Below, in pieces: positions 10,401 through 18,240 of a stretch of 64,000 bases of DNA. Positions within the stretch are counted from its first letter, which is position 1. Each line of letters starts with the position of its first letter. The stretch covers positions 2,016,001 through 2,080,000 of the forward strand of contig OZ245838.1 in NCBI GenBank assembly GCA_965228735.1, read 5' to 3'. The position numbers were made by a program, and so were the translations under genes. Origin of the DNA: Planctomycetota bacterium (GTDB lineage: Bacteria > Planctomycetota > UBA1135 > UBA2386). The notes beneath the pieces were generated by a model. The model searched no databases, had not been told where the DNA came from, and saw only the letters and a list, made by a program, of their open reading frames with translations.

Positions 10401-10726
10401 GCTGTCGCGATGAGATCGAGGCGGCCATCGAGATGGGCCGGTCGATGCCGATGGTGTCACCCGTGACGATCGCCGTCATGGCGAGTCGATCGCTCCACCG
10501 CGTCGTCGAACTGGAACGCGGCATCGGCGACCTCGAAGCCGCGATCGCGACGCAGGACCGGATCGTGCACGGCTACATGATGGCGTTCGACAGCAAGGCC
10601 AGCGATCGCAACCGCGAACGCGCGGCTGCCGGACTTCGGTTGCTCGTCGAACTGCAGGAGGAGCACGGCGACGCGACCGGGGCAACAGCGACGCGAAAGC
10701 GGCTCGAGCGGATGCTCGCCCAGTAG
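7436..10726 (+). CDS. Hanks-type Ser/Thr protein kinase with TM segment and C-terminal TPR-like helical repeats
   Basis: LGTGGVGTVY, VAIK, HRDLKPSN, DFG, GTLEYMSPE, DVHALG. TM ASSAAAVVLALVGGLV, then helical repeats. Confidence 0.95.
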   Translation: MSGEPKLPSENDALARLVTECILAFERDGADAVQAMLASHPDLAPAARQQLDALRDAGLLVPPAPDPDQVGPYRILRRLGTGGVGTVYLAQQNEPVQRQVAIKVIRPGMDTREVLARFAVERQALALLEHPNVARVLDAGMTADERPFLCMDFVPGQPITRYCDERALDLPARIDLLATVCDAIQAAHQKGILHRDLKPSNILVSDRDGGPAPTVIDFGVAKSLGPRLLDVTLLTAHRGLVGTLEYMSPEQAANEVDVDTRTDVHALGVMLYELLTGCLPFPSERLRRADTGELVRILREETPPRPSAVVTERPDAGRRAQLRGHNPATLQRALRRELDWIVQRAIEKDRNRRYGMAAELASDLRRYLSGDAVHAGPPNAWYRWRKMLGRYRYQASSAAAVVLALVGGLVTSVTFYSDAHAKSVQSAASLDVALDAVERMVQAGEDRLNIVPHMDEVRRELLREALELQRRLAASTGEERLQRRTARALAGLAKVQAELGDIEQALDSSSEALAMLGQLPTEMRGDTAELALRTRLHFQQFRWSETLPHSDADGTERIERATKLADELLQRPDIAPDQTLLASQVFVARALRFSAGEVGTADELFSRVAALLEPMLADPVGHRERLPAALRAMSHFARFCMERGDIERGIALGDRLHEIVVAEFERNDDVIRRAGLLPALESIGSVWYHNGKYGRVVRELQPAIGTYRMLARYFPAVPHHREKLARALVQLALAREWTADIDPAIENSTEAAQLLAELVREYPESREYRAGLLWAYTSLAHHAATARRLMLEADWTESDRAIALGLELARHPAFTAEPGTTELERLAEFHRVRGIVAGLRDRHEEAAAAHREALHGYRKLARQTPDALPHQQRIADVDEKLSQALVQLGRHAEAAPLLEDAIRRLSPLRGKLGHERGFDRTWRRLHGLQASVWIARGQFERAWTALDAIAEMVQADNDWILHDLLARLACEGALRAPAASAWRERFAGRCRDEIEAAIEMGRSMPMVSPVTIAVMASRSLHRVVELERGIGDLEAAIATQDRIVHGYMMAFDSKASDRNRERAAAGLRLLVELQEEHGDATGATATRKRLERMLAQ

Positions 10727-10847
10727 AAGCCCTGACCGCCGCTCGCAGCGCCCGAGCTTGCGAGCGACGTCCTGGGCCTCCCCCGAGCTCCCGACCACCC
10801 GACAACCCCGAGCCACCCTGGATTGCCGGGCACTGCGGACAGTCGAC

Positions 10848-11909
10848 CTACTGGTGCACGAACAACGTGATCGGGTTGTAGTTGCGCTGAACCGAGCCCG
10901 TCGTGGCGAACTGCGGCGGCCCCGAGGCTCGCAGAATCGACGTGCGCGGACGGACCCCGGTGAGCACGTGCGCACCGTTGCTGACGATCGCACCACCCGG
11001 CGCGAAGAAGTCGAAGAACACGGCCTGGCTGGCCCAATCGAAGTCGTTGAACGTGGGATCGTTCGGGATCACGAAACTCCAGTTGCGCGCGCCGGAGCTG
11101 CTCGAGATCCCGGTCAGCGTCAGCGCATTCGTGATGTCGATCTGCCCCGTGCAGGTCGGATCGATGCCGGGCAGGAACGACTGCAGGCTGTACGGCGTGA
11201 CCAGGTTGGCACCTGGCTTCATGACGAGCACGCCGAAGCTGCTGCCGGGCGCCGATGTGACGCTCGTCGAGTACGACAGGCCCGGCCGCACCGGCTGAGC
11301 CGTGAGGTTGGGCGTGCCGTTCTGGCCGGCACAACCGACCGGGCCATACGTCACGGGCGAGTAGAAGTCCCCGCGATCGATGCGGTAGGTCCAGGACGTG
11401 CCGCCACCGTTGTTGCCAAAGACCAGATACTCGACGACGAGGTTGCCCTGCGCCGGGTCGTAGGTGAACGGAACCGCGAGGTCGATGAAGAACTGGCCGT
11501 TCGGCAACGGGTTGCTCGGGTCACGCAGATCAGGCAACTGGTAGAGCCCCGGGCCGAACACCGTCACGGGCGTCGACGAGTAGTTGTTGGCGAAGTTGGT
11601 GCCCATCGAGGCCGCAGTTTCCTGCGAGTAGCCCATGCGAATCTCGAGCTGCAGTGCCCGGCCGAGCGAGACCACGGTCGTGCCATCCTCGCGGAAGCCG
11701 ATCTTGCTGATCTGCTGACCCGCCGGAATCGCCAGATCCACGCCCTCGTAGAGCACCTGGACACGGGAGGTTCCGAACGAGAGCGGGAGGTTCGTAGAAC
11801 TGAACGGGCCTTCCGGCACGGCGACGTACTCGTCGGGAAAGATCGTGGTGGTCTGGGCTGTGAGCGCACAGCCGACCATCACGGAGAACAGGGTAGGGAG
11901 TTTGGTCAT
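10848..11909 (-). CDS. Secreted beta-rich protein with shared C-terminal domain
   Basis: Signal peptide MTKLPTLFSVMVGCALTA-Q. C-terminal YGPVGCAGQNGTP...IPNDP...SQAVFFD...SNGAHV. Good codon bias. Confidence 0.8.
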   Translation of the reverse strand: MTKLPTLFSVMVGCALTAQTTTIFPDEYVAVPEGPFSSTNLPLSFGTSRVQVLYEGVDLAIPAGQQISKIGFREDGTTVVSLGRALQLEIRMGYSQETAASMGTNFANNYSSTPVTVFGPGLYQLPDLRDPSNPLPNGQFFIDLAVPFTYDPAQGNLVVEYLVFGNNGGGTSWTYRIDRGDFYSPVTYGPVGCAGQNGTPNLTAQPVRPGLSYSTSVTSAPGSSFGVLVMKPGANLVTPYSLQSFLPGIDPTCTGQIDITNALTLTGISSSSGARNWSFVIPNDPTFNDFDWASQAVFFDFFAPGGAIVSNGAHVLTGVRPRTSILRASGPPQFATTGSVQRNYNPITLFVHQ

Positions 11910-11938
11910 GGTGGTTTCCAGTGTTTACCTCGCCCGAA

Positions 11939-11968
11939 CAGCGACAACTTTTCGCGACGCGTTCGCGA
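11939..11968 (-). promoter_or_regulatory. Upstream motif shared with the ECF gene upstream region
   Basis: Minus strand tcgcgaacgcg-tcgcgaaaagtt-gtcgctg. Confidence 0.35.
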
Positions 11969-12036
11969 TTCGTCGAGAATTCGGTCCACCCCGGACGACT
12001 CCCCAGTCGCCCTGACTCGCTGATCCGACGCCGCGC

Positions 12037-12993
12037 CTAACGCCCGGTTCGATGACCGTCTACGGCTGCCGCGCCCGCGGCGAACTCCTGCCACGCCGCC
12101 TCGATCGCTGCGTCGGCCACCGGACCGCGGCGGATCCAGATGCGATACCGCAGCTCCAACGCGCCGCCCGGCGCGACGACGAGGTCGCCCGTGCCGCGCG
12201 GTGCTCGCGTGAAGTCGTGCAACCCGAACGGGTTGGCCGCGAACAACCCGTAGCCGCGCGCGTGCCAGTGCGTCGGGTGACCGTGATTGCTCGGCGAATC
12301 GAACATCGCGACGGTATGCGGCACCCCGTCGAGGGCGGCCGAGTACGCGACCCAGCGCGCCGGCTTGCCCCACGCCGCCTTGTCGACGTCACCCGCGCTG
12401 TTGCGGATCGACCCCGCGGCGTCCGGGCCGTCGAGACAGAACTCGCTGCGCAGGCGCAGTGCCATCGTGCCTTCCTTCGTGTCCCCGAAGCGCACCTCGT
12501 CATCGCCGGTCACCGTGACGGCGTAGTCGATCGTGCGGGTGTCGCCGTCGACGGCGAACTCCAGCACACGCTGATCGCGGCACACGAGAGTCCCGTCCTC
12601 GGCCCGCCACTCGGAGTCCTGCGTGAGTCGATTGCAGCCCGCTTCGATCCGCGGTTTGCCGACCGCGACGACGCCGCCCTTGCCGGCCCAGAAGTCGATG
12701 CCGTTCACCGCGCCATGCGTGAACCAGCAGCTCTCGTGATGCGGATGGTCCCGGCGTTCGCCCGCGACCTCGGCGAGCGGGAACGCGCGCGTGACCGTCG
12801 CGCCGCCGGTCGCGCACAGCGGCCACAGCACGGGTCCGCGCATCCCGTCGGTGCGATACTCGGCGAACAGGCTGCCGTCCGGCGCGTGGATCGCGACACC
12901 GACGGTCGACGGCTCGAACGTCAGCGGCGGCGCGGACGAACACGCGGCCGCGAGCAGCAGCGGAAGGAGCACGGGGCGAGCACGCCGGGACAT
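12037..12993 (-). CDS. DUF6807 ('PmoA family') lipoprotein
   Basis: Lipobox LAAA-C. P..WPL....G..VTR.FP, DHPHH, NGIDFW, GDTKEG, WHARGYGLFAANPFG. Confidence 0.8.
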   Translation of the reverse strand: MSRRARPVLLPLLLAAACSSAPPLTFEPSTVGVAIHAPDGSLFAEYRTDGMRGPVLWPLCATGGATVTRAFPLAEVAGERRDHPHHESCWFTHGAVNGIDFWAGKGGVVAVGKPRIEAGCNRLTQDSEWRAEDGTLVCRDQRVLEFAVDGDTRTIDYAVTVTGDDEVRFGDTKEGTMALRLRSEFCLDGPDAAGSIRNSAGDVDKAAWGKPARWVAYSAALDGVPHTVAMFDSPSNHGHPTHWHARGYGLFAANPFGLHDFTRAPRGTGDLVVAPGGALELRYRIWIRRGPVADAAIEAAWQEFAAGAAAVDGHRTGR

Positions 12994-13107
12994 GGCAGCA
13001 CTGTCCCGTGCTTGCCGTCGCCGGGCAAGCCGCACCCCGCAATTGCCCACCCCGGCATTTGCCAGTCGAGCATCGTCCGCGACGCCCACGCGAGCCATGA
13101 TGCCGGA

Positions 13108-14535
13108 ATGCAGTTCACCCCGCCCGGACACTTCCGCAGCGTCGCCCAGGTGCGCGAGCGGCTCGCGGAACTCGACCTCGGGATCGAGCTCGCCGACGAG
13201 ATCGCGAGCGCCCCTTTCGCGCAGCCACTCGAGCTCTACGGCAAGGCGGTCGCCAATCGCTTCTGCACCCATCCGATGGAGGGCTGGGACGGCACCACCG
13301 ACGGCCGGCCGTCCGCGCACACGCTGCGACGCTGGCGCGCGTTCGGTCGCTCCGGCGCGGGCCTCGTCTTCGGCGGCGAGGCCTTCGCCGTGCGCCCGGA
13401 CGGCCGGGCGAACCCCAACCAGCTGATGCTCGCCGACCACAGCGAGGCCGACCTCTCGAGCCTGCTCGCGGAGCTGCGCGCCGGCGCCGAAGAGGCCGGC
13501 GGCGGCGAGCCGGTCGTCGGCCTGCAGCTCACCCACTCGGGCCGATTCGCGCGACCCGCCGGCCCACTCGCGCCGAAGATCGCGCAGCAGCATCCGTTGC
13601 TCGCGACGAAGTACGGCCTGCCCTCGGATCAGCCGGTGCTCACCGACGGCGAGCTCGAGGCCATCGGCGAACGCTACGTCCAGGCAGCACGGGTCGCCCA
13701 GCGCGCCGGCTTCGACTTCGTCGACGTCAAGTCGTGCCACGGCTACCTGCTGCACGAGGTCCTCGCGAGCAAGACCCGAACGGGCAGCTACGGCGGCGAA
13801 GGGCTCGCCGACCGGATGCGCCTGTTCGAACGCATCGTCGCCGCGATCCGGACCGCGTGCCCCGGTCTCGGTATCGCCGTGCGGCTGTCCGCGGGCGACA
13901 CCGCGCCGTACGAACCCGCGCCCGAGACCCGCATCGGCCGTGCGATGAGTTCGCCCGACGTCGATCATGCGCGCCATCACTTCGGCATCGACGCCGAGGA
14001 CCCGACCCGCATCGATCTCACGGAAGCAGCCGCGTTCGTTCGCCGCCTCGTCGAGCTCGACATCCCGCTCGTGAACGTCACGCTCGGATCACCCTACTGG
14101 AATCCGCACCTGCAACGGCCGGCGAGCTACCCGCCGAGCGACGGCTACCTCCCACCCGTCGACCCGCTCGCAATGGTCGCGGAGCACCTGCGGGCGACGC
14201 GCGCGCTGGTCGAGGCCGCACCCGAACTGCAGTTCGTCGGCACCGGCTACACCTACCTGCAGGAGTGGCTGCCGCACGTGGCGCAACGCGTGCTCGAGGC
14301 CGGCGGGGCGCACTACATCGGCCTCGGTCGGCTCGTCCTCAGTTACGCCGACCTGCCACGCGACGTGCTCGGCGATCGCCCGCTGCAGAAGAAGCAGATC
14401 TGCCGCACGTTCTCCGACTGCACGACGGGACCGCGCAACGGCATGCTCAGCGGCTGCTTCCCGCTCGACCCGTATTACAAGGCGATGCCAGAGGCCAAGG
14501 CGATCAAGGCGATCCGCAACGCGATGAAGGCATGA
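13108..14535 (+). CDS. NADH:flavin oxidoreductase (Old Yellow Enzyme superfamily)
   Basis: NRFCTHPMEGWDG, LQLTHSGR, AGFDFVDVKSCHGYLLHE, YGG...R.R, IGLGR, C-terminal Cys cluster. Confidence 0.9.
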   Translation: MQFTPPGHFRSVAQVRERLAELDLGIELADEIASAPFAQPLELYGKAVANRFCTHPMEGWDGTTDGRPSAHTLRRWRAFGRSGAGLVFGGEAFAVRPDGRANPNQLMLADHSEADLSSLLAELRAGAEEAGGGEPVVGLQLTHSGRFARPAGPLAPKIAQQHPLLATKYGLPSDQPVLTDGELEAIGERYVQAARVAQRAGFDFVDVKSCHGYLLHEVLASKTRTGSYGGEGLADRMRLFERIVAAIRTACPGLGIAVRLSAGDTAPYEPAPETRIGRAMSSPDVDHARHHFGIDAEDPTRIDLTEAAAFVRRLVELDIPLVNVTLGSPYWNPHLQRPASYPPSDGYLPPVDPLAMVAEHLRATRALVEAAPELQFVGTGYTYLQEWLPHVAQRVLEAGGAHYIGLGRLVLSYADLPRDVLGDRPLQKKQICRTFSDCTTGPRNGMLSGCFPLDPYYKAMPEAKAIKAIRNAMKA

Positions 14536-14539
14536 CCCG

Positions 14540-16018
14540 ATGACCGAACGATTCGACGATCAGGACCTCGCCGACCGGAACCTCGCCGATCGGGACCTCG
14601 CCGATCGGGACCTCGCCGACGTGCGCGAAGGCCTGCGGATGCAGACCCCGCCGGATCCCGACAAGCTCAGGGCGGAGGCCGAGCACCTCGAAGCGCTGGA
14701 CCGTGGGCCGTTCGGCGCGCGCCTCTGGGGCTGGATCAAACTCTCGGGTCCGGGCTACCTGCAGGCCGCGATGACGCTCGGCGCCGGCACCGCGGTGTCG
14801 GCGCTCTACATGGGCTCGGTGTTCGGTTACCGCATGCTTTGGGTCGCACCGCTCGGCATGCTGATCGGCGTCGTGGTGTTCGCCGCGCTCGCCCACCAGA
14901 CCCTGTCGACGGGCGCGCGCCCGCTGCCGGCGATGGCGCGGCACGCCGGCAAGCCGTTCGCGTTCGTCTGGGCCGCCGGCGCGATGCTCGCGTCGGTGAT
15001 CTGGCACCTGCCGCAATACAACCTCGCGGCCGACTCCACGGTCGATCTGATCGATGTGTTCGTGCAGCCGACCGCGGACCCGGCAGCCGGTTCCGACGCG
15101 CCGCCGGCGCGGTCGATCCCGCCGATCGTCGCGAGCCTCGGACTCGCGGTCATCGCCGTGCTGCTGTCGTGGAACTACGGCCGCTCGCCGCGGCTCGTGC
15201 GCACGTTCGAACGGGTGATCAAGTACATGATCTGGTCCATCGTGCTGTGCATGGGCTGGGTCGTCCTCAACACGGACACCGACTGGGGCGCGGTCGCGGC
15301 CGGTTTCTTCGCGTTCGAACTCCCCGAACCGATCGGCGATGTGTCGTCGACCACGCTCGCGGTCGGCGGCCTCGCCGCCGCCGTCGGCATCAACATGGTG
15401 TTCCTCTACCCCTACTCGCTGCTCGCGCGCGGTTGGGGTCGGGCGCATCGCGGGCTCGCGCGCTGCGATCTCGTGCTCGGCACGCTCGTGCCGTACGTCC
15501 TCGCGGCCAGCCTGATCTGCATCGCCGCCGCGAACACGCTGCACGACAGCGGCGTGGAGGTCACGAAGGGAACGGCGGTGAAGGAAATGGGCGCCGTGCT
15601 CGGGCAGGTCATGGGGCCGATCGCCGGTCGCGTGATCTTCGACCTCGGCGTCATCGGCATGGCGTTCAGCACGATCGCGCTGCACATGCTGGTGTGCGGC
15701 TTCGTCGCGATGGAGTGGTTCGACGCGCCGGTCGGCAGCCGCAAGCAGCGGCTGTGGACGATGCTGCCCGTGCCCGCGTGCCTCGCGCCGCTGTTCTGGG
15801 GCGACTACGCGGTCTACCTCGCGATCCCGACGAGCATCATCTGCGCGGCGTTCCTGCCGCTGACGTACATCGGCGTGCTCATCCTGCAGCGCAGCCGCGC
15901 GTTCCTCGACAAGGATCGGCCCGAGGGTATTGCGGGCGTAGTCTGGGTCGTGCTCCTGTTGCTCGGCACGGCGATCGTCGTCGCGGGACTGTGGCAGGTG
16001 CTGGCGCGATTCTTCTGA
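14540..16018 (+). CDS. NRAMP-related (MntH-like fold) membrane transporter lacking the DPGN motif
   Basis: LSGPGYLQAAMTLGAGT, G..FGYRMLWV, about 11 TM segments, AAVGINMVFLYPYS. Start may be 14639. Confidence 0.75.
   Translation: MTERFDDQDLADRNLADRDLADRDLADVREGLRMQTPPDPDKLRAEAEHLEALDRGPFGARLWGWIKLSGPGYLQAAMTLGAGTAVSALYMGSVFGYRMLWVAPLGMLIGVVVFAALAHQTLSTGARPLPAMARHAGKPFAFVWAAGAMLASVIWHLPQYNLAADSTVDLIDVFVQPTADPAAGSDAPPARSIPPIVASLGLAVIAVLLSWNYGRSPRLVRTFERVIKYMIWSIVLCMGWVVLNTDTDWGAVAAGFFAFELPEPIGDVSSTTLAVGGLAAAVGINMVFLYPYSLLARGWGRAHRGLARCDLVLGTLVPYVLAASLICIAAANTLHDSGVEVTKGTAVKEMGAVLGQVMGPIAGRVIFDLGVIGMAFSTIALHMLVCGFVAMEWFDAPVGSRKQRLWTMLPVPACLAPLFWGDYAVYLAIPTSIICAAFLPLTYIGVLILQRSRAFLDKDRPEGIAGVVWVVLLLLGTAIVVAGLWQVLARFF
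14558..14617 (+). repeat. 4 x 15-bp tandem repeat (encodes DQDLA-DRNLA-DRDLA-DRDLA)
   Basis: gatcaggacctcgcc / gaccggaacctcgcc / gatcgggacctcgcc / gatcgggacctcgcc. Confidence 0.9.
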
Positions 16019-16090
16019 CCTCGTGCCACGGTGACCCGGTCAGTTCAGGACGTCGGCGATGGCCTTCTCGCGCATCGCGACCGTCGGCGA

Positions 16091-16260
16091 TCACGCCAGA
16101 GCTTCCGCCAAGGTCTTCGTTCTCGGGACAGAGTGCGAGCGTGCGCCAGTCGAGCTCGGCAACGGTGTCGGCACCGAGAACGCTACGCAGGAGCGGCCCG
16201 GTGTGCGCCCGCTGCGAGAACGTGAAACGGAACAGGCCGTCGTGCCGCGCCCGCAGCGCG
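16091..16260 (-). pseudogene. Remnant of an Rpn/YhgA-like (transposase_31, PD-(D/E)XK) nuclease gene
   Basis: Intergenic minus-strand peptide RHDGLFRFTFSQRAHTGPLLRSVLGADTVAELDWRTLALCPE matches the HD.LF...FS......LL...L......LDW.TL.L N-terminus of the Rpn family, then breaks off. Confidence 0.65.
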
Positions 16261-16423
16261 CGCTTGCTGGAGCCGGAGTATGCCACACATGAGAAGTGGG
16301 GCGAAACGGCCAACGGTTACACCGAACCGTCCCATCTCTGGTGAATCGCCGTGTTTCCAACCGATTGGGTTGATTTGACCGCGGCATCGAGGACAGTCCG
16401 CGGTGGCACCCTCTCGTTCGCCC

Positions 16424-18043
16424 ATGACGAATCAAAACCAGCAGTGGGGCTCGCGCCTCGGCGTCATCCTCGCGGTCTCCGGCTCGGCGGTCGGCCTCGG
16501 CAACTTCCTCCGGTTCCCGGGCCAGGCGGCGGCCAACGGCGGCGGGGCCTTCATGATCCCGTACATCCTGGCGTTCCTGCTGCTCGGCATCCCGATCGGC
16601 TGGGCGGAGTGGACGATGGGGCGCTACGGCGGCCGCAAGGGCTTCCACAGCGCGCCGGCGATCATCGGCATCTGGTGCAAGGGCGCGATCGGCCGCTACC
16701 TGGGCGGCTTCGGCGTGCTGATCCCGCTCGGCGTCTACTTCTGGTACGTGCTCGTGGAGACGTGGTGCCTCTACTACGTCGTGCAGTACCTGAGCGGCGG
16801 CATCGGCATCGACCCGGCCGCCAAGATCGACGTGCAGAGCGCGGCGTCCAACGGGTTCTTCGACGAGATCACGGGCGGCAAGGAGAACGGCATCCTCTTC
16901 ACGAGCGAGGACGGCATCCATCCGATCGTCTGGACGTTCGTGCTCGTCGCCGCGATCAACATCTTCTTCGTGTTCCGCGGCATCAGCAAGGGCATCGAGA
17001 AGGTCTGCAAGGCCGCGATGCCGATCATGGCCGTGCTCGGGGTCATCATGCTGATCCGCGTGCTGACGCTGCCCGACAACACGCCCGAGGGCTACGACGA
17101 GGCGATCGGTGTATCGCACGGCCTCGGGTTCATCTGGAACCCGCAGCTCGACGCGCTGTGGAACCCGGCGACCTGGCTCGCCGCGGCCGGTCAGATCTTC
17201 TTCAGCCTGTCCGTCGGCTTCGGCGTGATCATCAACTACGCCAGCTACATGAAGAAGAGCGACGACGTGGTGCTGTCCGGCATCACGGCGTCTGCCACCA
17301 ACGAGTTCTTCGAAGTCGTGCTCGGCGGCCTCATCACGATCACGGCGTCGATCGTGTTCGTCGGCGTCGCGGCGACGATGGAAGGCGCGAGCGGCGGCTC
17401 GGTGAGCCTCGGCTTCAAGACGCTGCCGATGGTGTTCGCCTCGATGCCGGGCGGCAACTTCTTCGGCGGCGCGTTCTTCCTGATCCTGTTCCTCGCAGCG
17501 ATCACGAGCTCCCTGTCGATGCTGCAGCCGACCAAGGCGTTCTTCGAGGAGAGCCTCGGTGTCAACCGCACGGTCTCGACGACGATCGTCACCGCGTGGG
17601 GCCTCATCGGGAACGTCTTCGTGCTGTGGTTCAGCCGCGAACTCGTCGCGCTCGACACGATCGACTTCTGGGTCGGCACGTTCTTCATCCTGATCGTCGC
17701 GGGCATCCAGATCGTCGCGTTCGGTTGGGTCACGGGCGTCGACAAGGGCCTCGAGGAGGCGCATCAGGGCGCCAACATGCGAATCCCGCGGATCTTCCGC
17801 TTCATCATCAAGTACGTCTCCCCGGCGTTCCTCGGCATCGTCATCCTGTTCTTCTGCATCAACAACGTCCCGGGCTACCTGGAGAAGCTGTTCGGTGAAG
17901 GTGAGGTCGCAGCCGACCGCCGCATCACCTGGGTCCTGATCCTCGCTACGATCGGCGGCATCGTCGCGATCACGGCGATCGGCGCGAAACGCTGGCGCGC
18001 GCAGGGCCTCGACCTCGACGGCAAGCTGCCAGCGGACGACTGA
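16424..18043 (+). CDS. Sodium-dependent transporter, neurotransmitter:sodium symporter (NSS) family
   Basis: WGSRLGVILAVSGSAVGLGNFLRFP, NGGGAFMIPY, KGIEK, WLAAAGQIFFSLSVGFG..INYASY. Confidence 0.95.
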   Translation: MTNQNQQWGSRLGVILAVSGSAVGLGNFLRFPGQAAANGGGAFMIPYILAFLLLGIPIGWAEWTMGRYGGRKGFHSAPAIIGIWCKGAIGRYLGGFGVLIPLGVYFWYVLVETWCLYYVVQYLSGGIGIDPAAKIDVQSAASNGFFDEITGGKENGILFTSEDGIHPIVWTFVLVAAINIFFVFRGISKGIEKVCKAAMPIMAVLGVIMLIRVLTLPDNTPEGYDEAIGVSHGLGFIWNPQLDALWNPATWLAAAGQIFFSLSVGFGVIINYASYMKKSDDVVLSGITASATNEFFEVVLGGLITITASIVFVGVAATMEGASGGSVSLGFKTLPMVFASMPGGNFFGGAFFLILFLAAITSSLSMLQPTKAFFEESLGVNRTVSTTIVTAWGLIGNVFVLWFSRELVALDTIDFWVGTFFILIVAGIQIVAFGWVTGVDKGLEEAHQGANMRIPRIFRFIIKYVSPAFLGIVILFFCINNVPGYLEKLFGEGEVAADRRITWVLILATIGGIVAITAIGAKRWRAQGLDLDGKLPADD

Positions 18044-18051
18044 GAACCACC

Positions 18052-18237
18052 ATGATTGCACTCATCCAAGAAGCGGCCGAGCAGGCCCGCGAAGCCGAAG
18101 AGCTGAGCGCCGGTGGCTGGATCATGATGATCCTGTCGATCGCGACGGTGACGGCGCTCGTGATCTACTGCTACAAGCGGATCCTCACCCATCCCGAAAT
18201 GGACGAGCCGGATCTGCCCGGCGGCCTCGGCCCGTAG
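18052..18237 (+). CDS. Small single-TM protein, candidate NSS transporter small subunit
   Basis: 61 aa, TM GWIMMILSIATVTALVIYCY followed by KR. Sits 8 bp after the NSS stop and 3 bp before the ZIP gene. Confidence 0.65.
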   Translation: MIALIQEAAEQAREAEELSAGGWIMMILSIATVTALVIYCYKRILTHPEMDEPDLPGGLGP

Positions 18238-18240
18238 GCG

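Noticed and set aside
12037..12993. 'PmoA family' label suggesting methane oxidation
   Set aside because: Soluble lipoprotein of the DUF6807 type with no TM helices and no pmoCAB context. It is not particulate methane monooxygenase.
12052..13107. N-terminal extensions of ORF-track calls (OYE from 12052, also ECF from 6137, 34948, 57340, 29063, 55188)
   Set aside because: They overlap genuine neighbouring genes. Family homology begins at the downstream starts used in the feature list.
14558..14617. Short repeats as a CRISPR array
   Set aside because: Contiguous 15-bp units without spacers, in frame within a CDS, and no cas genes.
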